A stretch of 64,000 nt of DNA from assembly GCF_006345805.1 (NCBI RefSeq), contig NC_043004.1, positions 74,462,001 through 74,526,000 on the forward strand. The letters are read 5' to 3'. Positions within the stretch are counted from its first letter, which is position 1. Each line of letters begins with the position of its first letter. Positions 1 through 12,718 of the stretch are shown here, piece by piece. Position numbers and translations under genes: made by a program. This stretch comes from Octopus sinensis. Taxonomy: Eukaryota. A model generated the notes under the pieces. It worked only from the letters and a program-made list of their open reading frames with translations. It searched no databases and was not told the origin of the DNA.

Positions 1-2400
1 GAGGTCAATGTTCTGTGCAAGATAGGGGTTCCAAACTGATGATGCGAATTCCAAGTGTGGTCGTACCATAGCTGTATACAGTTTTAAATAGATGGCTGGA
101 GAGCGGCTAACAAAAGACCTGCTGAGTGATGCCAAGACACCCTCGGCCTTCCTGACAATCTTAGAGATATGCTTTGACCAACGCAAATCACTGCTGACAG
201 TGATGCCTAGGTCACGCTCGCAAGAGGATTTCTTGATATCAGTGTTGTGGAGGGAGTAAGTGAACGCAGGGTTTTTTCTCCCAAAATGCATGGTGGTACA
301 CTTGTCCACAGCCAGTTTCAGTTGCCAGTCTGTGATCCATTGCTGCATTGTGTCTAGGTCTGATTGCATGAAAGAGTTGTAGACATCAGGATCTGTCCTC
401 TTGATTTCAAGGTACAACTTGATGTCGTCTGCATATTTCAATACTGTGGCATTCTTTAAATTGGCATCTATGTCGTTAATGTATGCCACAAACAAGAGGG
501 GACCAAGGACAGATCCCTGTGGTACACCCGATGACATCTCATATGGTGTAGAGTGCTGTCCTAGAACTGTGACTACCTCCTTTCGGCTGAGGATGAAGGA
601 TTTCAACCAGTTAAAAAGGTCATCCCCCACACCCATTGCAGAGAGTTTCACCATAAGCCTTTTGTGTGGCACAGAGTTGAAAGCCTTAGCAAAGTCAAGG
701 TAGACAACATCCACCCATGAGCCACTGTCAGTAATCTGAGTAATGTCCTCAAGGAACTCGACAAGCTGGTCACTGCAGCTGGAGTTAGGGACAAATCCAT
801 ATTGTGAGGGTCGGATGAGACTGTGAGAGCTCCAGAAGTTCCAGAGTGTTTCTCTGACACACGATTCCATCAGTTTTGCAATACAGCTAGTGAGACTGAC
901 TGGGCGATAGTTGACAGGTGATGTGCGGTCGCCCTTTTTGAACAGAGGAATGACACTGGCAGTTTTCCACTGCTCCGGAGTAGCACCATTGTTGAGACAG
1001 TACTGGAAGAAAATAGAAAGCTGGTGTAAAAGGAAGTGCCTGCCACGTTTGAGAAGCAGGTATGTAACTCCATCGAGACCAGGGGAGGCATAGTTGCACT
1101 TATTTTGAAGGTGACGTCGCAGCATTGCAGGTGTAAATTCCATAGTTGTTATGGAGTTTGCTGTTAGTGATGGTGAAGATGGTACATTTTGACTTTCAAC
1201 AGTGAATATGTTTGCATAGTACTCGGCAATGAGTTCTGCGCATTCCTTGGGGTCGTCAGTGATCTGTTTGTGTGAGGGTTGCGAAGAGGGCCCACTGGAG
1301 AGTGAGGTCTCTGCTTTGAGTGCACATATTTCCAGAAAACCTTGCTGTCAGGATTGGCTGCTATGCACTGTTCAAATTCAAGCACTGCTTTTTTTGTCAC
1401 TTGCTTGAGATGGTTGGAGGATTTATTCCGCTTCTTCCTGTGGTGTCTGATTTATGCAACCTGTATTCCCGTTCAGCAGTCCGACGTTCCCTCCTGGCAA
1501 GTCGGACCGCTGAAGTTTCCCAAATTGCCCTTTTGGGGCGGTTCTTCTTTTTTTGTTTACGTGGCACAGATGCTGCACATGCTGCCCATATTGAGTCCAG
1601 GATACTCTGGAGTATAGTATTCACATCTCCAGAGTTGTAGAATTCATGCCAGTTTGGGTGCTGTAGTTCAGTGTGGTACAGGTTCCAATCTGCTCTCTTC
1701 CAATCGAAGGAAGCAGATTGTAGATGGTTCAGGTTTTCGTTGCCCGCAAGAGCCAGATTGGCGATGATCATAGCATGATCAGAGTCACCTAGAGGTTCCT
1801 CCGTAGTGCAATTGATAACCGCTTCAGGAGTTGTGGTGAAGAGCAGGTCCAAGGTGTTGTCGCCTCTTGTTGGAGAGGTGACTACTTGTGACCAGTTGAG
1901 TCCAGCACAAGCTCAACAAAATCGTTTGCACTCTGTGGCCAATGGAAGGTCTCCCAATCGATCTCAGGATGATTGAAATCGCCTGCAATAAACACATAAG
2001 TGGCTGTTTTCCTGGCAGCAGCTCGGAGGACATTGCAAAGCTGTGTGTCCCGATGGTAACTTGGGGGACGATAAACAACGCCAAGCAGGAGTGTTGACAT
2101 GGTCATACGCACGTCACAGAAAAAAACTTCTTCTTGTGATTCGTTCAAATCGGCACAAGGAATTACCAAAAATTTGAACGAATGTAGACCATCACACCAC
2201 CACCACGGCGGTTAGTGCGGTCCTTACGGAAGAGGTTGTACCCCGTAATGTTGAAAACCCCATCACAGAGTAAGGAATGCGCCCATGTTTCCGTGACAGT
2301 GATGAAGTCAGGGTCAACACTTCTGACGTAGGCGTTGAACAAATGTATTTTGTTGCATAAACTGCGAGCATTTAAGGACAACAATTTGTACCCTGCTCGC
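1..2400 (-). mobile_element. CR1/L2-type LINE ORF2 (APE endonuclease + RT), frameshifted; 3' end runs off the window
   Basis: APE motifs LNARSL, ITVTETW, RKDR..RGGGV, VYRPP, GDFN, DLLF and SDH in ORFs at 1397-2384. RT motifs on - read YLDFAKAF (~690-710), GVPQGSVLGPLLF (~490-530) and YADD (~425-436). Confidence 0.93.
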
Positions 2401-2829
2401 AGTTTATGATGGTGTGTAGAGGATGGCAGGTGTTCTGGCTTAGTTTCCCTGAGTTGCTGTAGTCTTTTTAGTTATTGTGGGTAGAGAGCACTCAGACCAG
2501 CTGGTATCTCTCTTGTGCTCATAATTGCTTGTACATAATATGTAAACATAGAACATTCCTCATGATAACCAACAGTGTGCCAGTTATTGTTAATGTTGAA
2601 TAATATATGGTGTTTTTCACACTGACATTTGTTACATCATTTGTTTTTTTCATTTTAAAAAAGAACTGCACTATATCAAGCCAACACTTGCTTTTTGTTT
2701 TGCTTTTTATTATTTATCTATTTGCTTATTTATTCATTCACTTATTTATTGCTATGCCTGAGAGAAATATGCTATTTCTTCTTTATTTTCCCTTTGCATC
2801 CTCTCTAAGAATCTCTCACATTTATTTCA

Positions 2830-3070
2830 TGGTCCTTGCTCGGATGAAATTTCTGATTTAGTACCCTCTGTCAAGACCTTTAAACGTATCATCCACTTCT
2901 CTTCTCAGGTGTGTCATTTCTCTGATGAGTCTCTTGTTAATCATAAGTCTATTTTTCTCAAATAGCTTCTTTCCTCAAACTGCTGCTCTCTGGAATTCAC
3001 TGCCAACATCTTGTTTTCTTCTGGTCTATGATATTCAGCCTTATTTTTTCTGTCAATCAACATCCTTTGA
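2830..3070 (+). mobile_element. CR1/L2 LINE 3' remnant
   Basis: FSNSFFPQTAALWNSLP matches the typical CR1/L2 ORF2 C-terminal SFFPRT..LWNSLP motif. Confidence 0.6.
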
Positions 3071-3793
3071 CTTTGTTGGCCTCACGCCCCTTCCTTTCCT
3101 TCTTTGTAGTCTCTTATGCTACAGTGATCTCAAGTGCTTTGTTTGAGACAAAATCATATAAAAAATTTCATTTTAGCACCCAACTAGATACTGGCATGAA
3201 TCAGCAGTGTTGATGTACTTGTTTTGCTATTCAGTTATGACTTCTTTACGTATTTATATACTGTAAGTTATCCAATAGCATATTAGATACTGTTAGGGTA
3301 GTCATATGAAAGAGAATCAAAAGTGATTAAAGGACAATTCTCCCTCATATATTCATTGAATCTGCATTTAAACTTAATTTAAAATATATTTTACCTTCAC
3401 TAACAGATTGGATCACACTATATATAATTCAATTGCCAAATATTAATTCATATGTAAATTAGTTCTGGAAATATTCAATTTATTTTCAGTCTATGTAAAT
3501 TGATTCTCAAAGTATTTAATTAAATCACTTAAGTATGAACACATTAATAGAGTGTGCCTCAAAATATTTAATTCACTTGCTAAATGTTAATACATATGTA
3601 AATTAGTTCTAGAAATACTTAATTTATTTTCTAATTAAGGTATAATATTTATGTAAATTGATTCTCAAAGTATATAATTTAATCACTTAAGTATGAGTAC
3701 ATTAATAGAGTGTTCAGTTCTATATTTAAGAAATGAGGAGTTATGTACATTATTTACATTTAACGGATATTTGTCCTCATCTTGTTTGTTGTT

Positions 3794-3838
3794 AACACAA
3801 CGTTTCAGTTGTTATACCTCCAGCCTTCATCAAGTGTC
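3794..3838 (-). ncRNA. Minimal type I hammerhead ribozyme motif (C3U variant)
   Basis: - strand reads GACAC-TTGATGA-aGGCTG..caact-GAAACGTT-GTGTT; it mirrors the copy at 5302. Confidence 0.6.
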
Positions 3839-3977
3839 TTGGGGAAAGTTCGAACCTGGGTTCTCATTCCTAAGATATTTTTTGATGTTATTATTTTTAT
3901 CATCATTATTATTATTCAGGTCACTGCCTGGAATCGAACTCAGAAACTTGGAGTTAGTAGTCCGTGCTCTTAACTCT

Positions 3978-4050
3978 GGGCATATGGCGTAGTGGTTAAA
4001 ATCGCGGGCTACTAACCCCAAGATTCTGAGTTTGATTCCAGGCAGTGACC
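3978..4050 (+). mobile_element. tRNA-derived SINE-like head with Pol III A/B boxes
   Basis: A box TGGCGTAGTGG; B box GAGTTTGATTCC (GAGTTCGATTCC in the mirror copy). Confidence 0.7.
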
Positions 4051-4077
4051 TGAATAATAATGATGATGATGATGATG

Positions 4078-4112
<35 letters not shown>

Positions 4113-4193
4113 TATAATGATAAAAATTTAGCTAGCAGACAAAAGCACAAGAAAATTTGTGACCTGAATAATAAGGATAATAATAATAATAAT

Positions 4194-4235
<42 letters not shown>

Positions 4236-4249
4236 TATAATAATAATAA

Positions 4250-5230
4250 AAATTTAGCTAGCAGACAAAAGCACATGAAAATTTAGCTAGCAGATGGGAA
4301 CAGAAACCTCTCCATGGCAAGTATGTGGCCCATAGCAAACAAGCTGATGTCGACCAGAAACACACGCACCAATGGTTACGAAGTTCAGGGCTAAAAGTAG
4401 AGAGTGAATGTTTCATATTAGCTGCTCAAGACTAAAGCTTATTAACCCGGAACTACCAAACCAATGTGATATAAAATGGAGCTCACCCAAAATGCTGATT
4501 CTGTAACGATGAGATTGAAACAATAGACCACCTAATCTCGGGGTGTAGAGTCTTAGCACCTGTAAAATATAAAGCAAGACATGACAGAGTCGGCCAGTAT
4601 TTACTTTGGACAATATGTCGGCATTATAAAATCAAAACCACTGACAAATGGTATAAACATCATACTGAAGATGTGACTGAGGGAGAAAATGTGTTGATTC
4701 TATGGGACTTCCCTGTACAGACCGACAGGACTATAAAAGCTAATAAACCGGATATTATTATAAAAGATCAGACAAAAAGGACATGTTTATTAATTGACAT
4801 GAGTATTCCCTGTGATCACAATATAGCGGCGAAAGAATTTGACAAGATTAGTAAATATAAAGACCTGCTAATAGAAATTGAAAAAATGTGGCATCTCAAG
4901 GCGACTACAGTACCGGTGATTGTAGGATCTCTAGGAACGATAAATAAGGTACTGAAACCTATTTGAAAATGATTCCAGGCTTACCATCCCTACAGGAGGT
5001 GCAAAAAATCGTATTAACTGGAACGGCTCATGTACTGAGAAGAGCACTATCGCTGTAAAAATAACATCCATCCATGAATTTATTTATTTATTAATTTTTA
5101 AATACATATTTTATCTTTGAATTTGCACGTGTAATCTGGGAATGCATACAATGCCCTTCTCTGCCCTAGGTGTATGGAAAACACTCGGCGAGAAACGGGA
5201 GAAACTTTGAAGAAAGAAGGAAAAAACATA
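4250..5230 (+). mobile_element. R4/Dong-clade non-LTR retrotransposon 3' fragment (CCHC + restriction-like endonuclease), degenerate
   Basis: Reads KPLHGKY..QWL..LAAQD, C*FC..ETIDHLISGC, RHD, LWDFPVQTDRTIKANKPDIII..LIDMSIP..KYKDL, with a stop at 5056-5058. Flanked by (AAT)n. Confidence 0.88.
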
Positions 5231-5301
5231 ACAATAATAATAATAATAACAACATCGAAAAATACCTTAGGAATGAGAACCAAAGTTTGAAATTTCCCCA
5301 A

Positions 5302-5347
5302 GACACCTGATGAAGGCTGGAGGGTAAAACAACTGAAACGTTGTGTT
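5302..5347 (+). ncRNA. Minimal type I hammerhead ribozyme motif
   Basis: Stem I GACAC/GTGTT, core CTGATGA, stem II GGCTG/CAACT (CAGCC in the partial copy at ~5608), GAAA, palindromic stem III ACGT, UH=UU. Confidence 0.72.
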
Positions 5348-5969
5348 AACAACAAACAAGATGAGGACAATATCCGTTAAATGTAAATAATGTACATAAC
5401 TCCTCATTTCTTAACTATTGAACTGGAGGGTATATCAGCTGAAAAGTTGTGTTAAACAAGCAAGATGAGGACAAATATCCATCAAATGTAAATAATGTAC
5501 ATAATTCCTCATCTCTTAACTATTGAACTGAACACTCTATTAATGTACTCGTACTTAAGTGATTTAATTATATACTTTGAGAATCATTTTACATAAATAT
5601 TATGTATATCAGCCGAAACATTGTGTTAACAACAAACAATTTGAGGACAAATAGCCATCAAATGTAAATAATGTAAATAATATTTTAATAGAGTGTGCCT
5701 CAAAATATTTAAGTCAATTACTAAAATAGGGACAAACACTTAAACTACTTCTATGCTTTTGTATATAAGACCATTATCATCTTTGTCAGCATTATCATAA
5801 GTTTCCTCCTCTTCCACCTCTACCTTCTAATCATGATTATCATCATCACCACCATCACCATTAATGTATTAGAGTCTGTTTTTTTCCACACTGATATGTC
5901 AGACATGTCTATCTTTCAATATATTAAAACTGCTTTAATCATTTATCATCTCAATAGAAATTGCAGTTG

Positions 5970-6290
5970 TGATACCAGTGCTGGTGGCATGTAAAAGAAC
6001 CATCCAAACGTGGCTGTTGCCAGCGCCGCCTCAACTGGCCTCCATGTCGGTGGCACATAAAAAGCACCAACCAATCGTGGCCATTGCTAGCCTCGTCTGG
6101 CACCTGTGCCAGTGGCATGTAAAAAGCACCCACTACACTCTCAGAGTAGTTGGCATTAGGAAGGGCATCCAGCTGTTGAAACACTGCCAGATCAGACTGG
6201 GCCTGGTGCAGCCTCCTGGCTTCCCAGACCCCTGTTGAACCGTCCAACCCATGCTAGCATAGAAAGCGAACGTTAAACGATGATAATGAT
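5970..6290 (+). mobile_element. SINE with GGAAGGGCATCCAGCTG core and (GAT)n tail; other copies at ~11915, 21300, 28220, 31620, 34570, 35210, 37275
   Basis: Shared core and ..GCATGGAAAGCGGACGTTAAACGATGATG tail recur many times in the window. Confidence 0.75.
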
Positions 6291-7043
6291 CATCTCAGCT
6301 GTTTTGACCCAGTATTTTAAAAGTTGATTTTTTTTCCTACTTTTTCACATCTCTTCTTTTCATCTTCCACTCATCATCTTCATTCACTGATTCCTTGTAC
6401 CAACACAATCATCTATCTTTCACATTTCAGCCAGCTTTCTTGTGCTCCACTTTTATTATGCAGCTTAATATTATGCACCATACTGTTCCTGCTCAGTTCA
6501 TCTTTTTCCAGCCTCTGCAGGTCTTACATATTCACTTCCCATGACTCAGCACCAAGCAGCATCACATTTCTTACACATTATTCATGCTACTTATATTACA
6601 TATTATTGCATATTATTATTATATATTATTATATTTCATTACAAATTACATATATTGCATATTATTATTACATATTAATTTTATTACATATTATTTTTAC
6701 ATATAATTATGACATATTATTCATGCTACTTATCTTTCATAGTAAGGCAGAAGAGAGAGAGAGCGACAGAGATAAACTCTAAATATATCATCAACCTCAC
6801 TTATAGCATTGGCTGGGTGCATGTTGTTATGCCTCTGGTGCTACAAAGCTTGTCTGTAAGGAGACTGAAGAGCTCCCTTTCTCTGTTTTGTGCTACTATT
6901 TAAGGTCCAGTGCTTCTGCTCTGCAAAAGGATTTGCCATCACTGCACCTTCTGAGACCCACACTTCACCATGTGATTATACAAATGCAAATATCCCTCTC
7001 TCTCCATCTATCTATCTATCTATCTATCTCCTATCTATCTCTA

Positions 7044-7082
<39 letters not shown>

Positions 7083-7228
7083 CTATCTCTATCTATCTAT
7101 CTATCTATCTATCTATTTATCTCTCCTTCCTTCCTTTTTATCTTCAATTAGTATTTTCTTTCAAACATTGTTTTAAAGATTTATTTCGAAAGCAAACTTT
7201 TGTAAACTTGTCTCTCATTCCAAACCAG

Positions 7229-7411
7229 ATAATTTTACTGAAAGTTTCAATACAACAACAACAACTACACTTATAAACAATGCAACCGAGAGTTCGAATT
7301 ATACAATAATGTCTGTAACTCCAAATCTGTCAGAGAATGGAAATGTCAGTGTAACAGATGATGTGAATGTTACATTTTCTCAGAGTAACGACACAGAAAA
7401 CTCTACAATAG
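7229..7411 (+). CDS. MANSC1/C11orf24-like protein, Ser/Thr/Asn-rich stalk exon
   Basis: AG|..|GT, 183 bp, phase 1-1, open: DNFTESFNTTTTTTLINNATESSNYTIMSVTPNLSENGNVSVTDDVNVTFSQSNDTENSTI. Confidence 0.8.
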
Positions 7412-8076
7412 GTTGGTATCAATTAGTAATTCTATAATGTAGTAACTACCTATCTTTTTATAACAATATATCATTATAGATCATACACTACAGATAACTG
7501 CCATGTATGAATCAAAGCAGATCTGGAAAACCTTAAAATTACAAGAGAAGATAATCAACATCATCATCATCATCATCATCATCATCACCACCATCACCAT
7601 CATCATCACCATCACCATCATCATCAACATAATCATCATCATCATCATCACACCATCACCACCACCATCATCATCATCATCGTCATCATCCTTTTCATTT
7701 TCACTTTCCATTTCTTTCATGGATTTCATTGATAAGGGATTTTCTATGGCTAGATGCCCTTTTATTGACAATCCTCACCTTTTTCCTTGTAAGGGAATAT
7801 TTCCCCATAACTAGACATGTTTCTACAAAAGATTACAAATGAAGGACACAGCAAGCATGATCGAGACATCCATTTACAAGTATCAGACAATCTCAAAGCA
7901 AAGCAACAATAACACGCACACACAATATATATATATATGTGTGTGTGTGTGTGAGTGTACGTGTGTGCTTATGAGAATGTATTTTTCTTAATTATAATAT
8001 TGTAATAATTAAGTGTTAGTTATTTTGGGGTCAAAAAAGTTTAACTGATTAGTAGGTTTTGAACTAGTGAAATCGC

Positions 8077-8118
<42 letters not shown>

Positions 8119-8781
8119 GTCACCAATTATTCTCAAAGAAAAATGAGAAGTTGCCTCCTTTTTGCTTTGTTCAGCTCAGAGAAATTACTGCTTTGGGCAA
8201 GAAGATATTTGCATTTGGGGAAATGACAATGATGTGGTATACCCATGCCAGATTATTTTGTGAGTGCTGTAGAGTATAAAAGACAATGGCTGAAAGGTGA
8301 GAGAGGACTTCAGCACAACTTTGTATTATACAGCTATTAAAACTATGTTTGCTGCCAAGACCATTTGTCAACTGCCATCATCAACATTGAAATCTCTGTA
8401 ATCAAGAACCTACATCTTCAATCAATACTTCTTGGACTCATGACTCTGGTGACTATTTTACTTCTTCTAATTTTCACTCAAAGCATGAGGACCAATTACA
8501 TATTGAAACGTTTAATATTTTTGTTCATTGTTTCAATCTCTTTGTTAATGCTATTGTTTTATATTTAATCTTGACTCTGCATTGCTGTCAGCTTCTGTAA
8601 CTGTAACTCACAACTTTTGAAATGCTGTGTATTCCAAAAATGTCTGAAGCAAAACGACAACACACATTCCTTCTCAATAATTCATCTTTGATTTTTCCAC
8701 AAGCATTTTCTTTCAAACATAGACTCAGAGAACTACTCATAAATCAAATATTTATCTCTTTTATCTCTGTTTCCAAACTAG

Positions 8782-8961
8782 ATGATTCTACTGAAAGTTT
8801 CTATACAACAACAGCTACACTTATAAAGAATGAAAGTGATATTGTGAATTATACAAGTACTTATTCTTATCCTAATTCATCAAATGATAAATATATGAAC
8901 GTAACCATAGATGAGAATACCACATTTTTTCAGAGTAATAACACCGTAAACTCTACAATAG
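8782..8961 (+). CDS. MANSC1/C11orf24-like protein, duplicated stalk exon
   Basis: AG|..|GT, 180 bp, phase 1-1, open: DDSTESFYTTTATLIKNES..NTTFFQSNNTVNSTI. Paralogous to 7229-7411. Confidence 0.8.
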
Positions 8962-9404
8962 GTTGGTATCTATTATTCATTCTATAATGGTGTAGTAGCC
9001 ATTCATTAAGATTTTAATGGTTGAGCTCTTGTGTAAGGAGGTAGGTAACCCTCAGGGGTGACCATTTCTGTCTTGAGTCTTTCCAATGTAACCATTTCCT
9101 CAATTTAACAGCATGTTTACTAATGACACTGGATTGGGAGAACCGGTAGAGTATTGGACAGAATTTCTTGTGGCATTTGCCTTTAATATCTTTTCCTTGT
9201 TTCACTCATTAATTATGGCCATACTGGGGCAGTGCTCTGAAGAATTTTCGTTGAACAAGTCAACCCAAGTACATCTTTACAAACCTAGTACTTGTTCTAT
9301 CACTCTCTTTTGGCAAACCACTAAGTTACAGAGACATAAACACACCAAGCAGTGGTAGGGGACAAACACAAACACACACACAACACACATACATACATAC
9401 ATAT

Positions 9405-9480
<76 letters not shown>

Positions 9481-9712
9481 ATGAGGATCAAAACGGTTTG
9501 ATTCAGATTCTGTGGTACTTCAAGTTTCAAAGCATAAGATTCTTATCCTCAGCCACTGGAAATTTGAATTCGTATTTCTAATGGCTGACTATAAACATCT
9601 TATGCTTGAAATTAGAAATGCCCCAGAATTAGAATCAAACTATTTTGAATCATACATGTAACTCCCAATAAATGAGCTGAGTGCCCTTCTTTCATTTGTC
9701 CACTCACTCATA

Positions 9713-9765
<53 letters not shown>

Positions 9766-9843
9766 CATATATATCTGTAAATTCCTCTATTTACATATCA
9801 AGGTCTCTTTCATTCTTTTATTGTCTTTACCATTTCTATCAAT

Positions 9844-9898
<55 letters not shown>

Positions 9899-9909
9899 TA
9901 CACAAAACG

Positions 9910-10062
9910 TACTTCTTTCAATTTCCTTCTACCGAATCCACTCACAAGGTTTTAGTCAGCTCAAAGCTATAGTAGAAGACACTTGCCCAAAGTGTCATAC
10001 AGTGGAACTGAACCCAGCACCATGTGGTTGGGAAGCAAGCTCCTTACCCCACAGCCATGCCA
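9910..10062 (-). mobile_element. tRNA-derived SINE (GTGGTAAGAAGCTTGCTTCCCAACCAC family); other copies at ~15775, 19985, 24225, 28605, 31945, 40355, 55400
   Basis: Recurrent ~150-bp unit with GGTTCAGTCCC B box and CTTGGGCAAGTGTCTTCTACTATAGC body. Confidence 0.78.
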
Positions 10063-10970
10063 GTATCTATTTTTAAAGTTCTCACTTCAGTTGCTGCTGG
10101 GGTTGACTTAGCTATTAATGTTTCATGGAATGTAAAAATGAAACTGATCTAACGTTTATTCTGATCCTAATTCAGGTTTACATCTTACAGTCATGTCTAT
10201 TGATGGAATGAATATATTCTTCTAAACAACACATCACTCAATCTCACATTTCAGACCCATCATTGCTAGTTAGATTCCAAAAACTCTGTTCCCTGTCAAA
10301 AGCGGGCCAATGGTAGGAGGTAAAATTTGAGCTCAGTATGCAAAGAGCTGGAACTAATACTACAAGGTATTTTGTCCAATACTCTGGTAATTCCACCAAT
10401 CCAGCCTGGAACTGTTATTACATTTATTAACCCTCAGAAGGAGGAAATGTGGAGTTGACCCTATTGGGATTTGAACTCAGAGCACAAACAATCCAAAACA
10501 AATAATACAAAGCATGTTATCTAACACTCTAATAACTTTAATGAATTATTGGCCTGAGCCCAAGATAAAAATGAAGGCTATGATTATTTTTTGTTGTTTT
10601 TTTTGTTTGATATTGTGTTTTTAACATAGCAAATCCATTAGAGATGTTATTTCTGCAGCAGTTGGACTATCAACTGAATATATACATCAAGTATGACGTG
10701 GATGGTTTTGATATTTCATTTGATATTACAAATGTTTTAAAGTCAACTTTACATGATGCATTTTGGATTTTAATAAACAATGCTTTATACTTTATTTATT
10801 TTTCAATTTGTAACTCTTATTCCATATAATTATCTTTTGATTGTCTTTTTATTTTTATAATTATTAATCTTCATTAAATTTCTCTTTTCATTTATTCTGC
10901 TCACATTTTATTGAAGAATTACTTACATATTCATATATTGTTTTGTTTTCTATTTTATTTTACTCTGCAG

Positions 10971-11197
10971 ATTCTAACCTCAACCAAAATGTCACTTCCT
11001 CCAAACAAGAAACTTATTTGAAAAATGAAGCAGATTCAAACAATACGCTTATGATAACGGTTCTAATTGGGACTTTATCAGTTGGAACTCTTCTCTTTGT
11101 TGCCGTAATTGTGGTCATCAGCAAAAAAATAATCGATGGCTGGCAGAAGCGACATTATTCTAGAATCGATTATTTGGTCAATGGCATGTACAACTAA
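10971..11197 (+). CDS. MANSC1/C11orf24-like protein, terminal exon (TM helix + cytoplasmic tail)
   Basis: Polypyrimidine-CAG acceptor, phase 1. TM LMITVLIGTLSVGTLLFVAVIVVIS. Tail KRHYSRIDYLVNGMYN* resembles the MANSC1 (RKRYSRLDYLINGIY) and C11orf24 (DYLINGMY) tails as recalled. Confidence 0.88.
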
Positions 11198-12475
11198 GCT
11201 GATTTAAGATCTACATACGCATGCACAGACATGTATAAGTACATATGTACATACTATATATATGCCTATACACATACATACATCCACATTAAAATCATAA
11301 CTAGTCTTCCAACTAAGACAGTATAATTCTTTCATATTTATGCGTATTCTTTAAGTTCCTTTAAACCATTATCTTTAATTGAAATTATGACCAAACTGGG
11401 GTTAAGGTTAAATAACTGTGATAAAAGCCAGAGATCAAGAAATACATTTCTGAGGGATTTTTGTTGTAGATGATACCAAGTTTGATGACATTTAAGACAC
11501 TTTATTTTCAAAAAATGCCTTAAAGAAACATGTCACTTCATGTCCCTATAAGCTTTGATGCACTAAGTACTAATTTTCCTGGATACGTGCAACTGAAACT
11601 GAAGTGCATCTAATATACCTATAAGCCTTTTATGCCATCAATTACGGTAATTTTTTATTGATATTTTCTTAAGCCAATGTTTTTCAATATGATGAAAGAT
11701 TAAGGTGATGGAGTGGAATAAACTATTAGGGACTTGGACTAAATGTCTTGAGTTTATTTTGTAATAACCTTTTCTGTTCTGAGGTGAAATTTTCCTTGGT
11801 AAAAACTTTGTACCTGAAGTACTAGTCATATGCTGGGGTTTCACTCAGTTGCATGAATTTGTACCTTGTTTCTATATATGAAACCAATTGTTTTTATGGA
11901 AAGATATTTTCAAGTGCACTCTCGGAGTGGTTGGTGTTAGGAAGGGCATCCAGCTGTAGAAACCTTGCCAGATCAGATTGGAGCCTGGTGCAGCCATCTG
12001 GTTCGCCAGTCCTCAGTTAAACCATCCAACCCATGCCAGCATGGAAAGCAGATGTTAAATGATGATGATAATGATGATGATGATGCTGATGATGAGATAT
12101 TTTACATAAATTATTGGTGTCTCTATTTTCTCTTACAACTGGAAGCTTGCTATAAAGCTAATTATTTCAGTCCTGAAATTGAAGAGTTTTCTGTTATTCA
12201 TATAAAATAAATTCATTGACCAGAATTAAGTGATGTGCATAAATACATCATATATTACCACTGGTAGGGTTTGAACTCATAACTTGTGTACCAGAAATTG
12301 ATTTTTTTTTCTCTTTAAATGGTTCTGGGTGACAGGAAAATTAGTTTTTTCGTTACTGAAATCAGGATTTGAAACCTAAGCATGTTGATAGTGAGGCTAT
12401 GAGTAAACAAATAGGGCTTACACACAAGGACAGTATTTTGGGAGTAATATTATGGAAAATCAGCTAAGATATCTA

Positions 12476-12522
<47 letters not shown>

Positions 12523-12718
12523 GTGAAAGTGACCAACAGACAGAAATATACATAGATAACCATCAACAATTTATAAATATATATATATATCATTCAAGAT
12601 ATTATAGCTAAATTCCATGATCTCATCAGAAGAATCAGAAGCAAAGATTTTTCTTTTAAAAATATAATGGTACAGAAGAAAACCAGAAACCAATAAGCAA
12701 CTCTCGGATATTAATATA

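Larger units (their letters stand above)
3640..5604. repeat. Large palindrome of two head-to-head copies of a tRNA-headed, hammerhead-containing repeat
   Basis: 3918-3974 is the reverse complement of 3995-4052, 3716-3895 of ~5245-5420, and 3642-3715 of ~5530-5603. Confidence 0.85.

Noticed and set aside
2918-2950. CTGATGA hammerhead core
   Set aside because: No stem II or GAAA follows.
3978-4050. tRNA gene
   Set aside because: The acceptor stem does not pair and the unit continues into a repeat body, so it is a SINE-type head.
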